Virus record (IMG/VR): IMGVR_UViG_3300025048_000008
Span: 1-28,844 of that record
Reading direction: 5' to 3' (one strand)
Origin: a virus
Lineage: Duplodnaviria > Caudoviricetes
Length of the DNA: 28,844 nucleotides
Positions 6,708-17,446 of the stretch are shown piece by piece. The position numbers and the translations under genes were made by a program. Every line of letters begins with the position of its first letter. Position 1 is the first letter of the stretch. The notes below the pieces were generated by a model. The model was not told the DNA's origin. It did no database searches and worked only from the letters and a program-made list of their open reading frames with translations.

Positions 6708-9700
6708 TTTAATCCTAATCCTTTTAATTGACCTTCTAATGCCCTATCTTCTACATCTTGAACAGACTCTGATGTAGCGTTAAATGGTTGTTTAGTAACT
6801 CTGCTTATCATTTCATCTGGTTCATCTTTAACATTAGGTACGTTTAAAACTATACCACCTCTTGAGTAACTACCCAGACCTACTGTTGATTTTTCTTTTG
6901 GTGAAGAACCTCGAGCTGCACTTCGTAATGATTTTTTAGTTCCTTCTCCTAATACTAAATCTAAAGCTGAGTATCCCGGAACATTTGTAACTAAAATTTC
7001 AGGTATGTTTTTTCTATATAAAATACCATCAATAGCATCTTGAGGTAAAGGACCAGCAAAAGCTTTTAGTGTTGCTGTATAAGCTCCTACATTTCTATCG
7101 TATTCATTAGACCATCTAGATTGGTAATCAAATGGACCAAAACCACCCCATCTTCTAATTGATTCAGATATCAGTTTACCATCATCTTTCTTTAAACCTG
7201 TTTCATAATCTGTTAAATTTTCACCGTTACTTCTAATTGTATTACCAATATGTGCTACAGCACTCATAAGTAAAACTGTAGGAAGTACTTTAGGTATAGT
7301 TTGCATTGGACTATTTGTAGCTTCATTTGAAAATCTTTTTAAGATTGTATTGTTAAAGACTGTTGGGTATCCTGCAAACTGTACCAATAATTGTGCAGAA
7401 GGAGTAGAAAACCATAAAGGTCTATTAGCTTCTGCAGTGCTTGGGTTTAAAATAATTTCTTTGGTAAATCTATTAGCTCCTGATGTGTAAGCTCCTTCAT
7501 AAAAATCTTGAGACTTAGCTAATGCATCATCAAACTGACCATTTTTTAATGATCCTCGATACCACGCAACAGCTTCATTTCCTTTAATTCCTAAATCATT
7601 AAGCTGTTGAGTTAAGTATTGTTTGTTACTTTTACTTAAACCACCCTCAGATAAACGTTGAGCATTTGTTTTAATAAGTCTTTTACCCGTTGTAAAGGCT
7701 GCTAACTGTACAGCTTTTGTCCACTGAGTTAATAAGTTAACTTTAAAAAAAGCAGCCTGTCCTCTTTTAGCCCACTTACCATACACACCTTCACCAGCTA
7801 AACCTTCAATTCTTTCTTGAACTGCTTGTTCTAAAGCTAGTCCGGTCTTGTATAGTTCTCCCCAAACATCATCATCTACAGTTTTAAAAATAGAATCTCC
7901 TTCTTTTTGAAAACCAATATCTTTAATGCCTTTTGTTTTTTTACCAAAGACTCCTCTTTGTATACCTTTAATACTTCTATCAATAACACTATTACCTTCT
8001 TTAATAATTGATCCAGCTATATCTTTAAGAACTGCTGGTGAATCTTTTAAACCTGCACGACTTAAAAGTAATAAAGGTTCTGTTACACTTGATAGTGTAG
8101 CAAAAGGTAAATGAGCCATTTGCTGAGATAGTTTACCCCAGTCAGCCATACTTCTAGCCCAACCCTCTTTCTTTAAAGGAGAACCAGCATCTGTTTCAAT
8201 ACCGGTAACCCTACGTTGCGTAACTCTTGCTCGTTCAGCAATTTTTTCAGCATCTAATTTTGACATTCCTGATGCTAGTAATTCTTTTATCATAGGTTTA
8301 ATAGTATTATCTTCAAACTCTTTTAAAGTTTTACCAAAATATTTTGCTCTTGCAATTGCTTGACCAGTATTTGTAAAATAAGTTTCTAATGTTTGTTGAA
8401 GATCATCTTCTAAAAACTCAGCCATATCTTCATCTTTGATATTTCTAAATCTTCTTTCTTGTAAGAAACCAGTAGCATTAGCACGTTGTCCTTTTTGACG
8501 TAACTCAAAAGGTGTCCACCTATACTCTAACATATCTTTAACAATCATATCAGCTTTTAATTCTTTAGCTTTTACTAGTTGTTCAGGTGTAGCATCTTCA
8601 AGTCTATAAATTATTTGTTTAGTTTTACCTACTTTAGTACCTTTAACTCCAGCTTCTTTTAAAAAGTTTGTACCAAAAATATCATCATCAATACCTTTAG
8701 CATCTCTTAATACACCTTTACGAACTTCATCTGTTAAATCATCAACAAATTTTACAGTTGGTATATCATTAAGTGGGTCAGCATGTCCTGATTTAATTAA
8801 TAATTCTTTAAATGCATCTTGTTTTTTTTCTAAAACTTCATATTTAAAAAGTCTTGGAAAATAACCCTTAGTAAATTTAACAAAAGGTCCAAACAAACCA
8901 ACTTCAGATGCATCTTTAAAAGCTGTATCTAAAGTTTCACGGACTCCTTTGTAAGCTTGTATAACTGCTGGGTCAACTTGTCCTTTTAATTTGTCTACAT
9001 TATCTATATCTAATGTGTTATCTCTTAATAGTTTTAAAAGAGAAGTTTCTTGTTTTTTATCTAACCTAGCTCTCCAACCTGTACGATATAAAACATTTAA
9101 ACTTTTAGATAAACCATATTGATATTTACCTATCATTTCTCCCATAAATAAACCAAAAGATTTTTCTTTAACTCCTTTCTCACCTTGACTTGTTAAAGTT
9201 GTATCGTAGTCGTATCTTAATTTTTTTAAAAATTCTTTAAGTGTTGGAGATTTTTCAACATAAGAATTAAACCATGTCGTAGGTTTACCTACAGTTTTTG
9301 CAATAACTTTATTTAAAGTGTCACTACTACCAGCTAAAGCTGAATCAATCCTAGAATCTTCAACAACTTCTTTTCTAGTTTGTGATGAAGCTACGTTATC
9401 AATTAAGTTTTCATTAGTGTGTTTGTACTCTTTAGTTAAATATCTATTACCGTACAAACCTAATCCACCACCAATAGCTCCACCAGCTATACCACCAACT
9501 AAACCACCAGCAACTGTCATACCAGCAACAGAACTTAAATCATATTCATCTCGCATACCAAGATCAACATCAATGTCTTGTAAAAAAAATTCATGTGGAC
9601 CAGCCCAAGCCATACCTTCAGCAGCACCATAAAGTGCGGTTTGTTTAGCAGCTCTAACAGCTTTAGCTTGTTTTAAAGCTGCTCGTTTTGAAAGTTGTGA

Positions 9701-10273
9701 AGCTGTAAGTTTTTTAACCGCTGCTTGACTAGCACCTTGTAAAGCTCCACGTGTGGCTAAACTTCCACCACCTGTAGGTATAGCAAACAATCCTGCAAGA
9801 ATATTTAAAGGGTCTGCTAATATATCAACAGACATATCTTTAACTAAATTAAATCGTTCTTTAAAACCTTTTAAGTTAGCGTTATTAAATTTATTACGTA
9901 AATAAATATAGTCTTGTTTTTCTTCTTCTGTCCAATTACCTACTTCAGTAGACCTAACAAACGCAGCACTTAAACTAAAGTTTTCATCACGTAAGTACTC
10001 AAAAATATTTTCATTCCTACCAACACCTTGTAAAAATCTTTCTGCTCTTTTAGCAAACTCAGAGTCTTTTTCTAAATCAGTTAAACTATAATTATAGCCT
10101 AGTTTAGAAGGAGTGTAAGTATCTGCTACAGGAGCTAAGTTAGGTTCAGGAGCTATAGTATATGTTTCTTCAGGAGTTAATCCATAAGGTTCAGACACAA
10201 GATCAGCAAACAACGGGTTGTCATTTGTAGATTCTTCAGGCTCATCTATAAACCGTGTTAAATCAATTGTCAT
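6704..10273 (-). CDS. Large internal virion/ejection protein (1189 aa)
   Basis: Size and position last among the internal-protein genes. Gly/Ala-rich hydrophobic segments (VAGMTVAGGLVGGIAGGAIGGGLG) and helical composition resemble T7 gp16-like ejection proteins. Confidence 0.7.
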   Translation of the reverse strand: MTIDLTRFIDEPEESTNDNPLFADLVSEPYGLTPEETYTIAPEPNLAPVADTYTPSKLGYNYSLTDLEKDSEFAKRAERFLQGVGRNENIFEYLRDENFSLSAAFVRSTEVGNWTEEEKQDYIYLRNKFNNANLKGFKERFNLVKDMSVDILADPLNILAGLFAIPTGGGSLATRGALQGASQAAVKKLTASQLSKRAALKQAKAVRAAKQTALYGAAEGMAWAGPHEFFLQDIDVDLGMRDEYDLSSVAGMTVAGGLVGGIAGGAIGGGLGLYGNRYLTKEYKHTNENLIDNVASSQTRKEVVEDSRIDSALAGSSDTLNKVIAKTVGKPTTWFNSYVEKSPTLKEFLKKLRYDYDTTLTSQGEKGVKEKSFGLFMGEMIGKYQYGLSKSLNVLYRTGWRARLDKKQETSLLKLLRDNTLDIDNVDKLKGQVDPAVIQAYKGVRETLDTAFKDASEVGLFGPFVKFTKGYFPRLFKYEVLEKKQDAFKELLIKSGHADPLNDIPTVKFVDDLTDEVRKGVLRDAKGIDDDIFGTNFLKEAGVKGTKVGKTKQIIYRLEDATPEQLVKAKELKADMIVKDMLEYRWTPFELRQKGQRANATGFLQERRFRNIKDEDMAEFLEDDLQQTLETYFTNTGQAIARAKYFGKTLKEFEDNTIKPMIKELLASGMSKLDAEKIAERARVTQRRVTGIETDAGSPLKKEGWARSMADWGKLSQQMAHLPFATLSSVTEPLLLLSRAGLKDSPAVLKDIAGSIIKEGNSVIDRSIKGIQRGVFGKKTKGIKDIGFQKEGDSIFKTVDDDVWGELYKTGLALEQAVQERIEGLAGEGVYGKWAKRGQAAFFKVNLLTQWTKAVQLAAFTTGKRLIKTNAQRLSEGGLSKSNKQYLTQQLNDLGIKGNEAVAWYRGSLKNGQFDDALAKSQDFYEGAYTSGANRFTKEIILNPSTAEANRPLWFSTPSAQLLVQFAGYPTVFNNTILKRFSNEATNSPMQTIPKVLPTVLLMSAVAHIGNTIRSNGENLTDYETGLKKDDGKLISESIRRWGGFGPFDYQSRWSNEYDRNVGAYTATLKAFAGPLPQDAIDGILYRKNIPEILVTNVPGYSALDLVLGEGTKKSLRSAARGSSPKEKSTVGLGSYSRGGIVLNVPNVKDEPDEMISRVTKQPFNATSESVQDVEDRALEGQLKGLGLK

Positions 10274-10277
10274 ATTT

Positions 10278-13025
10278 TTAATTAAAATCTAAAAGACTTT
10301 TTAATGTTTGTTTACCACCTTCCATTATAAAGCCATTAGATAATAAAAATCTTCTAATGTATTTATCTCTTTGTGTTGTATCAGGGTCTTTAACATATGC
10401 ATCAGCATAATACTCAGCCATTTTTAATGGGTCTGTAGGTATAGTTGGTTTATATCTCATTAAGTATGCACGAGCAAAAGCTGCAGAATACAATGGTGTT
10501 TCTAAGTCAGCTTCAGTAGCAGTTGCTAAATCAATACCTAATTGATCTTTTAATAGCTCGTTATATGCTCTAACATCAGCCCCTGTTTCTTCGTTCGGTT
10601 CAAAATTAGTTTTATTAATAACTCGTTGAACTTCAAAGAAAGCTTTAGACGGAATTATTTGAAAAATTCCTGTAGCATTAGATTGTGGATTATTAAAAGT
10701 ATTTGCATTTTCTCCATAATCTGATTCAGCCCTAGCTAAATATTGTAAAAAAGTTTTACTTGTATCTTTATAACTATCGCTGACACCTTGAACATTAACT
10801 ACTGTATCAATAGCTTTAAAAGTAACATCTTTACCAACAGCCCTAGGTTTTTTAATATCTAACTCAATAGTATTTTCTTCTTCTGGCTCAGAAGGTTGAT
10901 TAGGATTATTAACTAAATCTAATTGTATTTCTAAATCTTCAAGTTCTTTTTGTTTTTTAGTAATTTGACTAGGTTTAAGATCATCTGAATTATCTAATTC
11001 TTTTTCTAATTCAATTATTTTGTTTTGATAAACTTTTGAAAGACGTGTTTGTTCTCTACGACTTATTTCTTCAGGTTGTTTATAAGCTAAAGCTTGTTCA
11101 TAATTTTTTAATTTTGCTTCGATATTATTTTTTTGTCTAGTTATTTGATTCACAGACATATTTTTATATCTACCTTCTTTATTATTTAATTGTTCTAAAG
11201 ATTTATTTAAACTTTTAATACTTGACTCAAGTTCAAATTTAGGTAAAGATTGTAATGTACCTAACGCACCTTTTCTTATTGATTGATCAGGTAAACTTAC
11301 TAGACCATCTTCATCTCTCATTATAGTACTTGTTTTTTCTTGTTCTTTTTCTTGTTCTTTAACTTGTAAGTACTCCATAATTGGTAGGTTACGAGGATTA
11401 GGTGTTGTATTATTAAAGTCTTCTAAAGCTTGTAGTTTATCAGCTTCTGTACCATTTTTAGAATTTAATATTTGTAGTGCCATAGAGTAGTAAGCATTAT
11501 CTTTTCCTCTTGGACTTAATTTAACATAGTCTTTAGTAGCTTCTCCAGTTTTTAAATTAAACATAGGATTTAAAACTGGATCAAGTTTATCACCAGATTG
11601 TTTATCACTAAAACCCATATTAGTTTTAATTTTTTGTGGATCAGGTCTTTCCATTCCTAAACCAGATAATGGGTCTATAGCTCCTTTAAATTTATAATCA
11701 TTAAAAAATCCCGGATCATATTTTCCAGCTTGTAGTACAGCTAACACTGCAAATTTATTTCTAAACTCATCGTTTTCTAATTGTTTTATAAAGTTAGCTG
11801 ATTCATTACTTGCTGTAAATCCAGCTTCAGCACCTGCATTTTTTATTAGTTGTAAAGCAAACTGTTTATCTTCTAGTAAACGTAAGGATAAAGCAGCAGC
11901 TCGTTTTTCAAAGTTTACTCTAACCGAAGGATTTTGCATATCTTTTTGTAAATCTTCAAACACACCATCATCTATATAAGATTGAAGACCATATCTTTCA
12001 AACACAAGATCATCGTCTACGTCTCTAGCTAAATCTAATAAAACAACGTCAGTCATGTTTGTTCTTAAACCTTCATATTTTTTATTATTAACCATGTTTA
12101 AGTATCTTTGTGGAGATTGTCTTGAAGCTTGTAACCCTTTATCAACAGCTTCTAGCACTATACCTCTAACATTTAAACTATCTAAAACTTCTCTAAGTTC
12201 AGGAGTTTGTAAATCTTCAGGTTTTAATTTTTTAAAAAGATTTAAGTTTCCTTTGGCTTCTTGATCATCACCTAGGCTTTTAATAAACCCACCAAATGCA
12301 CCTAACATACCTTGGTTTGAAAGTTCTGCTTCTTTTCTAGCATATTTTTGTCTTTGATATTGACTGTATCTTCCTTTATCAAGTTTAAGAGATTCTTTTA
12401 AAATATCGTCTCTTGTTAAACCATCATCATTAAAAAATTTTTCTAATCCATTTAAGTATTTAATATGGTTATCGCCTGTAATCATTTGTTCAAATAAAGA
12501 TTTGGCTGCTACTTCTCTAACAATACCATATGCTCTAGGATTGTCTGTTTCCATAGTTTTTTGATCTGAAAACTGTAATTGTTGATCGATCAAAGGGCTT
12601 ATCTTACCCTTAAAACCTTGATTGTTATCTTGGTTTTTAAAAAATCTATCAACGTTTTCTTGAACTGTGTAAACTTTATTAGTTTCAGGATTAATTTCTT
12701 TAGTAAATTGTTCTAAAGAATTGTAACCTACAGGTTTGTAATTATAAATTGTAGATAAGTTTTGTATTTGTTTAGCATCACTGTCAGCAGTAAGTAAATC
12801 TAATGTTTGTTGATTAGCTAATTCTTTTTGTCTACGTTTAAAAGCATTCTTCATTAAACCTTGACCAGCTAAGAGAACACCCAAAGCTTGTTGAATACGC
12901 ATGTCTTTCTTATCACGTTTTCTTTGCTTGTCTGCAATTTCTCCTTTACGCTGAAGCAAAGAACCTCCAAGCTCAGAGACTGACATGTCTTTATAACTAT
13001 TAACAATATCACTATAATCGGACAT
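10278..13025 (-). CDS. Internal virion protein with C-terminal lysozyme-like/lytic transglycosylase domain (915 aa)
   Basis: Long helical/coiled-coil body. The C-terminal LQYLARAESDYG..SNATGIFQI..AAFARAYL matches the ES / GxxQ / AxYL order of SLT-family domains. Confidence 0.65.
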   Translation of the reverse strand: MSDYSDIVNSYKDMSVSELGGSLLQRKGEIADKQRKRDKKDMRIQQALGVLLAGQGLMKNAFKRRQKELANQQTLDLLTADSDAKQIQNLSTIYNYKPVGYNSLEQFTKEINPETNKVYTVQENVDRFFKNQDNNQGFKGKISPLIDQQLQFSDQKTMETDNPRAYGIVREVAAKSLFEQMITGDNHIKYLNGLEKFFNDDGLTRDDILKESLKLDKGRYSQYQRQKYARKEAELSNQGMLGAFGGFIKSLGDDQEAKGNLNLFKKLKPEDLQTPELREVLDSLNVRGIVLEAVDKGLQASRQSPQRYLNMVNNKKYEGLRTNMTDVVLLDLARDVDDDLVFERYGLQSYIDDGVFEDLQKDMQNPSVRVNFEKRAAALSLRLLEDKQFALQLIKNAGAEAGFTASNESANFIKQLENDEFRNKFAVLAVLQAGKYDPGFFNDYKFKGAIDPLSGLGMERPDPQKIKTNMGFSDKQSGDKLDPVLNPMFNLKTGEATKDYVKLSPRGKDNAYYSMALQILNSKNGTEADKLQALEDFNNTTPNPRNLPIMEYLQVKEQEKEQEKTSTIMRDEDGLVSLPDQSIRKGALGTLQSLPKFELESSIKSLNKSLEQLNNKEGRYKNMSVNQITRQKNNIEAKLKNYEQALAYKQPEEISRREQTRLSKVYQNKIIELEKELDNSDDLKPSQITKKQKELEDLEIQLDLVNNPNQPSEPEEENTIELDIKKPRAVGKDVTFKAIDTVVNVQGVSDSYKDTSKTFLQYLARAESDYGENANTFNNPQSNATGIFQIIPSKAFFEVQRVINKTNFEPNEETGADVRAYNELLKDQLGIDLATATEADLETPLYSAAFARAYLMRYKPTIPTDPLKMAEYYADAYVKDPDTTQRDKYIRRFLLSNGFIMEGGKQTLKSLLDFN

Positions 13026-13028
13026 CTT

Positions 13029-13670
13029 TTAAACTCCTGTTTTACCTAACAAACTTTCGTTAGCTTGTGGTTGTTTTCTTTGTAAAATACTTTCTCTAAC
13101 TTTACTTGTATCTAAATTATCTAATTGAGCTTTTAAGTCTGGACTAGACATAGGTATGTTCCTAGGTTTAGCAGGTAGCTCTCGAAGTTTTTGAGGATTA
13201 GGTGTTACTTCATCACCTGTTTGTAAGTTTCTTGCAACCCGTACATTATTTTTTACAATTGCTTGATCTTCCTCATCATCATCTAATGACTCATCAAGGT
13301 CTTCATCTTCTGAAAGAATTGGGTCAATACCTACTTTTTCTGCAACTGATAAGAGCATATACATAGTAGGCTCCATAAGTGTAATAGCTAAGTCAGGATT
13401 AATTTTACCTTTTTGAAAAGATGTTTTAATTAATAACTCTGCAATGTTTGCTATTGGAACTTCATCAGACATCATACCTGCAAGGGTTTCCATGTTATCA
13501 GGTTTAATAATCTCTAAAAACATTCTATCAATTGCTTCTCGTTGAGTTGAAATTTCAGGTGGTTGTTCCCAAGCATACGGAGCATCAGGAGAGTTTGTTA
13601 AAGACTGCCCCGGTACAGGAGCTTCAAACACGTAAGGTGTTGTTTCGGGTATTATATTTGCATTAGCCAT
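13029..13670 (-). CDS. Virion-associated hypothetical protein (likely start ATG 13670)
   Basis: GGAGG RBS directly before the in-frame ATG at 13670. APVPGQSLT....YAWEQPP segment and acidic linker. Lies within the internal-protein block. Confidence 0.75.
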   Translation of the reverse strand: MANANIIPETTPYVFEAPVPGQSLTNSPDAPYAWEQPPEISTQREAIDRMFLEIIKPDNMETLAGMMSDEVPIANIAELLIKTSFQKGKINPDLAITLMEPTMYMLLSVAEKVGIDPILSEDEDLDESLDDDEEDQAIVKNNVRVARNLQTGDEVTPNPQKLRELPAKPRNIPMSSPDLKAQLDNLDTSKVRESILQRKQPQANESLLGKTGV

Positions 13671-14772
13671 ATGTTCCTCCAGTGGCATAGTCACCATAAC
13701 TTAAACCATATCCCGGTGCACCTATTGCAGTAGAGATTGGGTCAGGTCCGGGGTTACCAAATATTCCAGCGTAAACATTAGCTGAGTTGTTCATATTTGA
13801 TGATGCATTCATAGGTATAAATGTAGCATCTGAACCACCCATAGTATAAGGGTCGTTTGGTTTATTTAATTGATTTGCCATTCCAATGTTTGGATTATAA
13901 AAAGAACCTTCTACATTATCAGGATTAAAATATTTGTAAGCTGAAAAAACACCTGTTGCATCTTTTGCAACTGAAGCAACTTCTCTTACTTGTACTCCAG
14001 TACCTAAAACATTTGCATCTCCTACTTTAGTTTTTAATCCTGAAAGTTTATCTACTCCTTTTCTAAATATACCATCTTCTTTAATTTCTGGAGTATCTAT
14101 AGTTTTAATTGCTTTAGGTTCTGGAACATCAATACCTAATGCTTTAGCACGTGCTTTAGCTTCAGCAGTATCTTTCATACCTGCAGCTTGAGCTTTTTTA
14201 GCAGCATCCATTGCTGAATCTTTAGGTAATTTAGCACCTGAATCAATTTTTTCAAATGTTTCTGCAACACTGTCTTTACGTAATTGAGTTATTTCAGTAT
14301 CAGTTAAAGTATCAGGGGTAGCACTAAATTTACTAGCTGTATCACTTACAAAGTTTTTAAATGAAGTAGCTAATCCTTCAGAACCCGGACCCATAAAAGG
14401 TTTAGTAACTGCATCAATACCACCAGTCAACGCTTTACTTACTGTATTGTAAACACGACCAATTGTATTTTCGTATGCAAAAGATGCACCAGCTTTTATT
14501 TTAGTTCCAATCTTTGTTAAAGTAGCAGCAAAGTTTGAAGGCAACATATTCATTACCTTAGAACCAAACTGTCCCATCCAAGACCCAAGTACACTACCCA
14601 TACCGGGTAATATAAAAAACAAAGCTAGTTGACCTAGGGGTCCTAACTTACCAAAAGCTTTTGTAATTTTTGAAAAACCTTTTTTTACTCCTCTACCTAT
14701 TTTACGCATACGTTTAGCTATAGAGCTTCCAAGTTTTTTAAAACGTTTCTTTATACTTTTAAATAATCCCAT
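13663..14772 (-). CDS. Putative ejection/internal virion protein with cationic amphipathic N-terminus (369 aa)
   Basis: MGLFKSIKKRFKKLGSSIAKRMRKIGRGVKKGFSKITKAFGKLG followed by hydrophobic LGQLALFFILPGMG. GAGG RBS. Confidence 0.65.
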   Translation of the reverse strand: MGLFKSIKKRFKKLGSSIAKRMRKIGRGVKKGFSKITKAFGKLGPLGQLALFFILPGMGSVLGSWMGQFGSKVMNMLPSNFAATLTKIGTKIKAGASFAYENTIGRVYNTVSKALTGGIDAVTKPFMGPGSEGLATSFKNFVSDTASKFSATPDTLTDTEITQLRKDSVAETFEKIDSGAKLPKDSAMDAAKKAQAAGMKDTAEAKARAKALGIDVPEPKAIKTIDTPEIKEDGIFRKGVDKLSGLKTKVGDANVLGTGVQVREVASVAKDATGVFSAYKYFNPDNVEGSFYNPNIGMANQLNKPNDPYTMGGSDATFIPMNASSNMNNSANVYAGIFGNPGPDPISTAIGAPGYGLSYGDYATGGTYG

Positions 14773-14781
14773 ATTTTCCTC

Positions 14782-17178
14782 TTAATCTTGATCTAACCAA
14801 CCGTCTACTAAGTTTGTAATACCTTGTAGATTATTGGTCCAACTATCTTTTTTATTAACACCTTGTTCATTACCTAAAGCAGCTACAAGTAAAGATGTTT
14901 TTCTTTGCTCATCGTTGTCCCATCTTTTAAATGCAAAGTCTGCTTCGTCTCTAAGTTCTTGCCATAAAAAATTTTGTGCTGCTACTGTAAGACCATATGC
15001 ATTCTGAGCATTCTGTTGATTAACTGCATTAATTGCTGCAGTCTCTGCTGTGTTGGCTTGTCTTCTCCATTGAACATTTGATTGTGCTATAGCTGTAGCA
15101 TTTTGAACATTAAATTGTTCTCTGTTATATTCTAACTGAGAATTAAACTGTTCAACTTGAGTAGCTAATTGAGCATCTAATTTATTAGCTTCAAACTCAT
15201 TAGCAACTCTACGTGCTTCTGCAGCATTTAATTGACTGCTATTAAACTGAGCCATTGCATTATTTTGTTGAGAATTAAATTGTTCAACTGATGCATTTAA
15301 ACTTGACATAAACTGATTAGTTTGATTTTGACTTGTAGCATTAAATTGTTGTGCAGCATTATCAGCAGCTTGATTACTTAACATTCTTTGTTGTTCATTC
15401 TGTGCTTTTATCATACTAGCTTGTTGATCATTACTTAAATTAGCCATATCCATAGACAAAAAAGCTTGAGCATTTTGTATAGCAAACTTTGTATTTTGAT
15501 CAGCTTCTGCTAAGTTTCTTTGAGACATTAATACAGCATTTTGAACAGAAGCTTGTTGATCATTACTAGCATTAGTTAAACTAACTGTTTGTAAAAATTT
15601 ACTGTTATTAACAGCCATTTGTTGATCAGCACTAAACTGAGCCATGTCCATGCTAAAAACATTTTGAGCATTAAACAAAGCTGTTTGTTGACCTAGCTCT
15701 GCATCTTTTAATGCAGCAGTAGCTTCTATAGATTTTTGTTGTGATACACTAGTTTGTATAGCTTGAGCATTTGCTTGAGCTATAGGTAAAGCTGATGTTA
15801 TAATAGTATTGAGCAAAGCATCTCTACCTACAGTAGATACTGACATACCTCTTTTAGCTAACATCTGTTCGACAGATGCAACAGCAGGAGCAGCCCATGT
15901 AGGTATATTACCTTCTTCAATACCAGATAGTAAACTATCAATTTGATTAGATACTAAAGCTTCTTCAGGTAATCCTTCGACTATCCCTCTTTCTTCTTCA
16001 GTAAAATCTGTTAATCTAACTTCAAGAGATTCGGGATCGCTTCCTAATTCAGCAATATCTTCTTCACTTAATCCAGCATTACGTAATTGTTTTTTAGCTC
16101 GTGTAACTTTAGCAAGAGTTGTACCGGCTACTTTAGCAGCTTGAGCTTTTGCTTCAGGACTAATAGTTCCAACAACTCTTTCTTGTAATGCACCTTCTAC
16201 AACTTGAACATCAACTCCTTCAATAGGAGCAGTTATATCTACACCAGCAGCTTGAGCTAAAGTTGCATCTATTTCAGGTGAAACAGTACCACTAGCAGCA
16301 TTAACTACAGCAGTTTCAGAAACTTTTGCTACATCTTCTGCAGCTATATTAGCTGCTCCAAATGATTCCGGTTGAGCTGCTGTTGAAACATCTTCAATAG
16401 TAGATACTTGTTCGGGTGAAGTTGCAACTACTTTAGCAACTTCTGCATCTTTAATATCTTTTATTTGAAAAGCAGCAGCTTGTTCAGGAGTTATTTCTGT
16501 ACCTTTTTGACTAATAGGTTCTGGTGTAGGTACTTTTGGAATATTACTAGGTGTTTCACCACGAGCAATAGCTTGAGCTTCTTTACCAATTTCTATTTGT
16601 CTAGCTCTACGTTCTTGATTAAACTCAGCTTCTTGTTTTTCTTTTTCTAATTTTCTAATCCGATCAGCTTCTAAAGCAGCTTCATTAGCTAATCTTGCAT
16701 TTCTTTCTTCAACAGTTTCAGGTGTTTCAGGTGCTGATGTTGGAGCTGGGGTTGGGGCTGGAGTCGGTGCCGGTGTAGGTGCAGGTGTTGGAGCTGGTGT
16801 TGGTATACGACCTTGAGGTCCATTATAACCACCTCTATCTAAGTCTGATGCAGTAGGAATATTTATACTTTTTACTGTAGGTAAAACTGGAGCTGTACTT
16901 GCAACGGATGAAGGTGTCGGTGCTGGGGTAGGTGCAGGTGTTGGTCTAGGTGCTGGTCCCGGTGTTGGTGCAGGTGGAGCTGTTGGTCCTTTAGTTGGTG
17001 TCCTATCTATAAATTCTTTTTCTGATTGTCCTGATGGTGGTAAAAATTCTTCTATAACCTCACCAGTTTCTTTATCTATTACAACTCTACCACGTTGATA
17101 TCCAACTCTACCACCATTAGTATAGTCTTCTCTAGAACCTTTACTGTATCTTTTTCTATCTTTTCTTTTATTAGCCAT
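14782..17178 (-). CDS. Putative internal virion/DNA-pilot-like protein with Pro-Thr-Pro-Ala repeats and Gln/Asn/Ala-rich coiled coil (798 aa)
   Basis: Two (PTPA)n tracts and a C-terminal run of QFNA/QFNS-type repeats. First of the internal-protein block. Confidence 0.65.
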   Translation of the reverse strand: MANKRKDRKRYSKGSREDYTNGGRVGYQRGRVVIDKETGEVIEEFLPPSGQSEKEFIDRTPTKGPTAPPAPTPGPAPRPTPAPTPAPTPSSVASTAPVLPTVKSINIPTASDLDRGGYNGPQGRIPTPAPTPAPTPAPTPAPTPAPTSAPETPETVEERNARLANEAALEADRIRKLEKEKQEAEFNQERRARQIEIGKEAQAIARGETPSNIPKVPTPEPISQKGTEITPEQAAAFQIKDIKDAEVAKVVATSPEQVSTIEDVSTAAQPESFGAANIAAEDVAKVSETAVVNAASGTVSPEIDATLAQAAGVDITAPIEGVDVQVVEGALQERVVGTISPEAKAQAAKVAGTTLAKVTRAKKQLRNAGLSEEDIAELGSDPESLEVRLTDFTEEERGIVEGLPEEALVSNQIDSLLSGIEEGNIPTWAAPAVASVEQMLAKRGMSVSTVGRDALLNTIITSALPIAQANAQAIQTSVSQQKSIEATAALKDAELGQQTALFNAQNVFSMDMAQFSADQQMAVNNSKFLQTVSLTNASNDQQASVQNAVLMSQRNLAEADQNTKFAIQNAQAFLSMDMANLSNDQQASMIKAQNEQQRMLSNQAADNAAQQFNATSQNQTNQFMSSLNASVEQFNSQQNNAMAQFNSSQLNAAEARRVANEFEANKLDAQLATQVEQFNSQLEYNREQFNVQNATAIAQSNVQWRRQANTAETAAINAVNQQNAQNAYGLTVAAQNFLWQELRDEADFAFKRWDNDEQRKTSLLVAALGNEQGVNKKDSWTNNLQGITNLVDGWLDQD
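16730..17000 (-). repeat. Two 12-bp-period tandem repeat tracts encoding (PTPA)n
   Basis: Translation IPTPAPTPAPTPAPTPAPTPAPTSAP (about 16730-16805) and PTAPPAPTPGPAPRPTPAPTPAPTP (about 16912-16990), with degenerate third codon positions. Confidence 0.85.
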
Positions 17179-17200
17179 TATTAAATCCTATATACCTATT

Positions 17201-17443
17201 TTACTTAACTTCAAAGAGTTTGTCAAGCTTTTCACCGATTTTATCTATTCTGTCCATGAGTAATCCCATGTCGTCTCTAAGTTCTGTTTTTGTTACGTAA
17301 TCTTTTGCAATCTCTTCACGTGTTTTATTCAACAAGATATCTTGTCTTCTTAGTTCTGAAGAGTTTTGTCTAATAGAGTAAAAGACAGGAGCAATGATAA
17401 GAGTTATTAAGACGTTCCAAATAACGTATGCGGAGACTTCCAC
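17201..17443 (-). CDS. Small single-TM coiled-coil protein (80 aa, GTG start)
   Basis: N-terminal TM YVIWNVLITLIIAPVFY, then the heptad helix YVTKTELRDDM..LMDRIDKIGEKLDKL. Confidence 0.75.
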   Translation of the reverse strand: MEVSAYVIWNVLITLIIAPVFYSIRQNSSELRRQDILLNKTREEIAKDYVTKTELRDDMGLLMDRIDKIGEKLDKLFEVK

Positions 17444-17446
17444 TTT

